DNA of 25,504 bases, from contig JBLDXI010000087.1 of the NCBI GenBank assembly GCA_047495785.1, positions 1-25,504 of the forward strand, given 5' to 3'. Positions 20,848 through 25,504 of this stretch are shown one piece after another. This stretch comes from Lepidodermella squamata (Eukaryota; Animalia; Gastrotricha). Position 1 is the first letter of the stretch, and each line of letters starts with the position of its first letter. The position numbers and the translations under genes are program-made. The notes below the pieces were generated by a model, which did not search any database, had not been told where the DNA came from, and worked only from the letters and a program-made list of their open reading frames with translations.

Positions 20848-21459
20848 CTATGGCCCTTGCTTCAGGAAAACGAGAGGGTTGTAAAAGTGCTTCTGCAACT
20901 CTGCCTCGGTGTGACACATCAGGGTGTAGGAAACATAGTGACGGGTCGGTGTCCTTCTATCCGGAGCAAGTTTCATGGGTGAGCTCCTGAGTACCTCGAA
21001 GTGAAAGTGATCGAACTGCCAGCCAAATCGATTGAGTTCGTCCTTGTTCATGAACCGGGCAATGACGGTTTTCGGATTCACCGGATCACCCGGCTTCACA
21101 CGTATTCCTGCAACATGTTCGTAGACGGTCCAGAACCTGGTTTGATTCAGTTCGTGGGCAATGATGACTTGTGCATACGGCCCATCGTTGCGGGTACTGA
21201 TCACAACGCCGTCGGTAATGGGAAGAATGGGCTCTTCCTTATAGTTGGCTCCAGGCCTGGCGATGTCGATCCCCGTGTGAAGATGAGCGGGTACCGTTTT
21301 GCGTGCCTTGCGCGGTAGTCCAAATTGACCAATATCAGTGAGGCGCAATGTACCAGTCGATCGGCGGTTTTCGGCGTGAACAGGAAGCAAAGGAAGTGGA
21401 TCACCAGGACCGAATGCGAGGGAGAAAAGAACGAGTGGAGCAATCGGGAGTGCGAGCAT
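20848..21459 (-). CDS. M23 family metallopeptidase (peptidoglycan endopeptidase-like)
   Basis: HTGIDI (HxxxD), DGVV, YEHV, V..GD.V and HFHFEV (HxH) motifs; hydrophobic N-terminus. Confidence 0.9.
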   Translation of the reverse strand: MLALPIAPLVLFSLAFGPGDPLPLLPVHAENRRSTGTLRLTDIGQFGLPRKARKTVPAHLHTGIDIARPGANYKEEPILPITDGVVISTRNDGPYAQVIIAHELNQTRFWTVYEHVAGIRVKPGDPVNPKTVIARFMNKDELNRFGWQFDHFHFEVLRSSPMKLAPDRRTPTRHYVSYTLMCHTEAELQKHFYNPLVFLKQGP

Positions 21460-21497
21460 AATTTCCTGCCAGGATATCCTTCAATCCCTGGCAACTC

Positions 21498-22538
21498 CTA
21501 AAGTTCCATTGGGGCACCCGAACTTCCAAAACCCAGGCCCAGGTAGTTCTTGATGAGCTCGACCGCCATCCCTCCTATGGTGTTGACTGTGATGTCACCG
21601 AGACCCTTGGTGAGTGTTTGTTTTACCGTGTCCAGTTTTTTGACTGGATCCTGACCTGCCTTTTCCTCCCTGACCAACTTGATAAGTTCCTGAATGAGGG
21701 CACGATCGATTTCCAGATCATCCAACCTTCGTTCCAGTTCCGGAAGATTTCCCTGGACCTTCACCCGGATATCAACCGGGTTTACAAAAACATTCAACTG
21801 CTGCGAAGGTGACGCAGGCTGAACGTGGGCACGGGAGTCATGAGCTCCCGAAGCCTGTCCGCTTTTCTTCGAATTTCGTTTCGATCGCATGAGCTCGATC
21901 TCTCGCTTAATGCTATCCTGAACTTCCGGCGTCATCGACTCAAAAATAAGATTGACATCCTTATCTAATCGTAGGTCGAGGCCCGTCACGTGATATTCCT
22001 TCTTATTCGATATTTTCTGAAATGCCAACTGACTGGGAAAAGCCTGGCATGTAAGTTTTATTTTCTTGTGATGTGCACGTCTCAGATCTTTGTGAACGAA
22101 TGTAACGATCTCTATCTGGTGGTTTTTTCCGTGCCGCTCAAAGAAAGCGCCAGGATACACACGTACCAGTTTGTACTCAGATGACCAGTAGTCGATAATC
22201 CCGAGTTCAATCGAAAGATCCACGTAATTGTTCATAAACTTGATCAACCCGCTCTTGACCTGCTTGGGGTTAACGTCGTAACTAATCTCCATCCGATCAA
22301 TTCTCTCGCTGAGCGACATGCCGCTCAAAAAGTGTCCCTTTGAAACGTCAATAAACGCGATGTTGTGGAAATACACGAAAAAGTTGTCGGGATCGAACGC
22401 AGCAAGCTCCGCCAGTTGCCAAAGCCTTTCGCGCAGCACCGTGAGTTTGAACGGGTCCAGTTCCGTAGTCACTTCAATTCGAAAGCCAAGATACGTCTCT
22501 ATATTCATGATGATCCGGGTACAATGGAAAAAGCCCAC
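21498..22538 (-). CDS. Hypothetical cytoplasmic protein (346 aa; alternative start MNIETY at 22508) with an AbiTii-like C-terminal helical tail
   Basis: Long uninterrupted ORF, AT-richer than its neighbours, with its own promoter-like motif. C-terminus GN...L...L....I....IQEL..LV.EE...GG...ELIKNYLGL. The similarity to AbiTii tails is by eye only. Confidence 0.65.
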   Translation of the reverse strand: MGFFHCTRIIMNIETYLGFRIEVTTELDPFKLTVLRERLWQLAELAAFDPDNFFVYFHNIAFIDVSKGHFLSGMSLSERIDRMEISYDVNPKQVKSGLIKFMNNYVDLSIELGIIDYWSSEYKLVRVYPGAFFERHGKNHQIEIVTFVHKDLRRAHHKKIKLTCQAFPSQLAFQKISNKKEYHVTGLDLRLDKDVNLIFESMTPEVQDSIKREIELMRSKRNSKKSGQASGAHDSRAHVQPASPSQQLNVFVNPVDIRVKVQGNLPELERRLDDLEIDRALIQELIKLVREEKAGQDPVKKLDTVKQTLTKGLGDITVNTIGGMAVELIKNYLGLGFGSSGAPMEL

Positions 22539-22574
22539 GCTCCTTCCTTTCGTAGAAAGAGCAATGGGCTCAGT

Positions 22575-22606
22575 TAAAGATAAATATTGATACCGGATCG
22601 CTCCAA
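22575..22606 (-). promoter_or_regulatory. Promoter-like motif for the 21498..22538 gene
   Basis: Minus strand TTGG-N20-TATCTTTA, close to the Bacteroidota TTTG-N19-21-TAnnTTTG consensus. Confidence 0.5.
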
Positions 22607-22736
22607 CAAAACCTGGATGTTGTTTTTCGGGCCTATTGAAAATATCCAGATCAACCTTGCAACTACCTAAATTCCGGCATGTGTACCTCCCCGAAAACCG
22701 GTAGTCTAAATTACCTCTTCACTTTACGTGTCTATA

Positions 22737-22769
22737 CTGGCAAATTCCCGTAGCTATTCCTTATCTTTA
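22737..22769 (+). promoter_or_regulatory. Promoter-like motif for the membrane protein/amidohydrolase operon
   Basis: CTGG-N21-TATCTTTA (22762-22769), with the same -7 variant as the divergent promoter. Confidence 0.45.
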
Positions 22770-22775
22770 GCTAAG

Positions 22776-22821
22776 AGCCCTTGCCGGATACAGAACTGTC
22801 CGGCAAAGGGCTTTTTTATTT
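22776..22821 (+). terminator. Intrinsic-terminator-like hairpin with U-tract in the 5' leader of 22831..23856
   Basis: AGCCCTTGCCGGA (22776-22788) pairs with TCCGGCAAAGGGCT (22799-22812, one bulge), followed by TTTTTTATTT. It ends about 10 bp before the ATG. Confidence 0.65.
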
Positions 22822-22830
22822 ACACCCACT

Positions 22831-23856
22831 ATGGACATACTTAACAATCCTACTGTTGAAGTAGTACTGAGCCTTATCGTTACATGGGCTCTGTTTGCCA
22901 TCCTTTGCAGCTTCGGCCATGAGATCATTGCCGAGATCATCGCCGAACGTGGCCGATTTCTGAAAAAGAAGATTCACGATCAATTGGTCGACCGTCCCAA
23001 CCGTGTAAACTGGGCAACGGCGCTGTACAACCATGGTTCCATCGATCTCCTGAGTCGCGCGGACAATAAGCCAAGTTCCGATATTCCTGCGAAGCTCTTC
23101 GCTGAAGTGATCGTCGAGAATGTGGCCACATCGCAACTCGTACAGATGCACATCCGCGGGCCGCTGGGCGACAATGCCACTCCGGAAGAAAGAGCGTTCC
23201 GGGAAACATACAAGAAGATTCCGTACCAGAACCAGGTGTTGAGGGATTTCAAGGCCGCCACCATGGTGCTGAAGCCAAGCGATGTGATGACGATGTACAA
23301 GCAGGCGCTGGCTTCGGCGGAACTCCGGGCGGGCTCGGCACAAGCTCCAGAGTTTGAGGCTAACGTATACAAATACCTGATCGAGAATATATGCAATTGG
23401 TACGACTCATTTTCGGGACGTATGTCGGCCTGGTACAAGAAGCGCACCCGGATGCGCCTGTTCCTCATGGGTATATTCGTGGCTGGCTTGTTTCAGATCG
23501 ACTCGATCCAGCTGTACCAGTTCTACCGCAGCCAGCCCGAAGCACGCGCTACCGTCATCCAGTACTTTAAGGAGAACATTGATGAACTTGAGCAGAAGTA
23601 TGTAAACGACACTACTTCCGATGCGCAACATCGTAAAGAACTGTACGACGAATTCAAGAGAGAGATGTCGGCTGTCTCCAAGTCGATCGACCTTCCCATT
23701 GGATGGGATAAAGCCGACCTCGATCGGCCAGATCGCGAACCTTACTGGTCGTGGATAGCCAAAATCCTTGGCATCCTTCTCACGGCACTCGCCGGAAGTT
23801 ACGGCGCCCCCTTCTGGTTCGAACTATTCAGAAAATTCACTCAACGTAAATCCTGA
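22831..23856 (+). CDS. Uncharacterised multi-pass membrane protein with C-terminal LPIGW...GAPFWF motif (341 aa)
   Basis: N-terminal TM helix followed by E.I...RG..L, WY......S.WYK..TR, second TM with IDSI, LPIGW, and third TM GILLTALAGSYGAPFWFELF. I recognise this as a widespread hypothetical family with no function known to me. Confidence 0.85.
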   Translation: MDILNNPTVEVVLSLIVTWALFAILCSFGHEIIAEIIAERGRFLKKKIHDQLVDRPNRVNWATALYNHGSIDLLSRADNKPSSDIPAKLFAEVIVENVATSQLVQMHIRGPLGDNATPEERAFRETYKKIPYQNQVLRDFKAATMVLKPSDVMTMYKQALASAELRAGSAQAPEFEANVYKYLIENICNWYDSFSGRMSAWYKKRTRMRLFLMGIFVAGLFQIDSIQLYQFYRSQPEARATVIQYFKENIDELEQKYVNDTTSDAQHRKELYDEFKREMSAVSKSIDLPIGWDKADLDRPDREPYWSWIAKILGILLTALAGSYGAPFWFELFRKFTQRKS

Positions 23857-23862
23857 CATAAC

Positions 23863-25170
23863 ATGCAGTATTACAACGTCCACACGCATACCTTCAGCAC
23901 ATACGACTTGCCGGAGGACTTCCTGAAGCTCTATCTTCCCTCCTTCATCGCTACGCCGGTGGATGCCATCACCGATACGAAGGTGGGTTCCTTTATTGTC
24001 CGGGGTTTGCTGAGCACCTTAGGCGGCAATGGAGGCAGACGCTATGCGGACTTCCTTCATGTAGGTAAGAGCAGGACACAGAAGGAGGTATTTGAAATCC
24101 TCATGGACTCGGTGGCCGACGATCCGAGCATGCGACACATCGCGCTCACCCTGGACATGGAGCACATTGGGGCAGGTCCCTCCAAGACCCTTTTTGCAGG
24201 ACAGGTGGAAGACATTCTGAACCTCAAGAAGGAATACGATGACAACCTGCTCATTTTCCTGGGTGTAGATCCACGCTGGAAAGGGACAGGCACCGATATC
24301 CGCAAAACGGTTGAAGGCTACTTTAACACCAAACTGTACGTCAACGAGCTCAAACAAGTCAACCCCTTCGTAGGACTGAAGCTGTATCCAAGCACCGGCT
24401 TCTATGTGTTCGACGAAAAACTGAAGGAGACCCTCCAATGGGCTGCAGATAATGGGGTGCCCGTGATGAGTCACTGCAGCTACCTGGGTGGAGTCTTCAA
24501 TAACGTGGAGAAAGCGATCCGCAACGCGCTCAATCCGCGAAACGTGTACGACAACGGGGCGGTCTATTCGCAGGCCGGTTATATCAAGAAGAACAAGTTC
24601 TTCCGGAAGCTGGTGAACACCAACACCTCGCGGAACAACCTGATGACGTGTTCCTATTTCCTGGAGCCCAGCACCTACGAATACCTCTTCCGTTATTTCG
24701 AGCGGCAGTTCAATGAATTTGAAAGAAGGAACGATCCTCTGAAGATCTGCATGGCCCACTTCGGTGGAGGCAACCAGGTGGAGGTAGCTGTGCTTGGCAC
24801 AGATGGTCGCAAGAAGCCAGATCAGGAAGAATTGACTCCCTACGGGGTTACCGGTGCTAACTGGTATCGTAAGATTCAACAGTTGCTTACCCAGTATAGG
24901 GGTGCGTATACGGACATCTCCTATGCAGTTTCCAACCCCGATCTCTTCGATGCATTCCACAGCGACGTGAACAATCCGGACTATGGCGACCGCGTGATGT
25001 TCGGTACCGACTTCTTTATGACGGAGCGCGTGCGCAGACACAACGAAGTGTACGAAGCGTTCAAATCGTTCGCAGTGAACAAGGATCTCAGTAACTACCC
25101 GGGTACGAAGCTATGGGATAAAGTAGCTGGAACTAATGTCGAGAGATATCTGAGGAGTGCGTATTTCTGA
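23863..25170 (+). CDS. Metal-dependent amidohydrolase (TIM-barrel, Amidohydro_2-like), 435 aa
   Basis: NVHTH, LGVDPR, GLKLYP..GF, PVMSHC, CMAHFGG, YTDISY and VMFGTDF motifs; starts 6 bp after the upstream stop. Confidence 0.9.
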   Translation: MQYYNVHTHTFSTYDLPEDFLKLYLPSFIATPVDAITDTKVGSFIVRGLLSTLGGNGGRRYADFLHVGKSRTQKEVFEILMDSVADDPSMRHIALTLDMEHIGAGPSKTLFAGQVEDILNLKKEYDDNLLIFLGVDPRWKGTGTDIRKTVEGYFNTKLYVNELKQVNPFVGLKLYPSTGFYVFDEKLKETLQWAADNGVPVMSHCSYLGGVFNNVEKAIRNALNPRNVYDNGAVYSQAGYIKKNKFFRKLVNTNTSRNNLMTCSYFLEPSTYEYLFRYFERQFNEFERRNDPLKICMAHFGGGNQVEVAVLGTDGRKKPDQEELTPYGVTGANWYRKIQQLLTQYRGAYTDISYAVSNPDLFDAFHSDVNNPDYGDRVMFGTDFFMTERVRRHNEVYEAFKSFAVNKDLSNYPGTKLWDKVAGTNVERYLRSAYF

Positions 25171-25255
25171 CCTGTTGTAAATTTTTGTGAGGTGCAGGAT
25201 TGGAGAAAACAATAATCAGGTTGTTGTCTATATTTAGGCCACAATTCTAATTCAT

Positions 25256-25487
25256 ATGCTACGGCTACTTCTGATTTCCGCCCTCACCCTGTCGGTACTC
25301 TTTTCAAACGCACAGCAGATTAACGAACCGAAAGGTATTCCGGAATGGTCGCAGCCCTACGAACCGTTTCGGGTTGTCGGGAATATCTACTACGTTGGCA
25401 CCTACGATCTTGCCTGCTACCTGATCACCACCCCGAAGGGGCATGTGTTGATCAACACCGGGCTTGCCGCTTCCCTCGATCCCATCC
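25256..25487 (+). CDS. bla: Subclass B3 metallo-beta-lactamase (GOB/FEZ-like), 5' fragment truncated at the contig end; not in the ORF track
   Basis: Hand translation: MLRLLLISALTLSVLFSNAQQINEPKGIPEWSQPYEPFRVVGNIYYVGTYDLACYLITTPKGHVLINTGLAASLDPI. This is a signal peptide plus the W...PFR..GN.YYVGTYDLA.YLI.T..G..LINTG signature of GOB-type enzymes. Confidence 0.88.
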
Positions 25488-25504
25488 ACTCTCACGAGAT
25501 GTGT
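25488..25504 (-). other. Untrimmed PacBio barcode bc1003 (+T), copy 4, reverse complement at the sequence terminus
   Basis: ACTCTCACGAGATGTGT forms the final 17 bases, the orientation expected at the right end of a symmetrically barcoded read. Confidence 0.9.

Noticed and set aside
24019-25041. 340-aa minus-strand ORF
   Set aside because: It is the antisense shadow of the amidohydrolase, with no recognisable motifs.

Overview
Bacteroidota DNA, probably a Cytophagales (Chryseolinea/Ohtaekwangia-like) organism, judged from the T9SS cargo, TAnnTTTG-type promoters and gene content. It looks like the end of a low-coverage long-read contig. Left to right: the 3' part of a caspase-family (C14) gene (+). 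Then a long minus-strand run: sodium:solute symporter, a 45-aa membrane partner, PIG-L/LmbE deacetylase, a hypothetical protein, DUF2911-TPR protein, DUF6770-like protein, M48 peptidase, a mosaic intergenic repeat block, DoxX protein, a ~2600-aa T9SS-secreted beta-strand-repeat protein, a 5x beta/gamma-crystallin + DUF4476-like protein, an M23 peptidase and an AT-richer orphan with an AbiTii-like tail. Then on the plus strand: a GAPFWF-motif membrane protein + amidohydrolase operon behind a leader terminator, and the 5' end of a GOB-like subclass B3 metallo-beta-lactamase. The most striking hidden signal is technical. The 17-mer ACACATCTCGTGAGAGT, which I recognise as PacBio barcode bc1003 plus T, occurs four times (10285, 11983, 18455, and reverse-complemented at the last 17 bases) and overwrites coding sequence. 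One copy is joined to a 27-bp inverted chimeric fragment. Nine single-base frameshifts are confined to 1.4-12.9 kb, so the split genes are probably intact in vivo. The best biological candidates for an undescribed system are the divergent orphan / membrane-protein + amidohydrolase cassette (21.5-25.2 kb) and the crystallin/giant-adhesin surface cluster.
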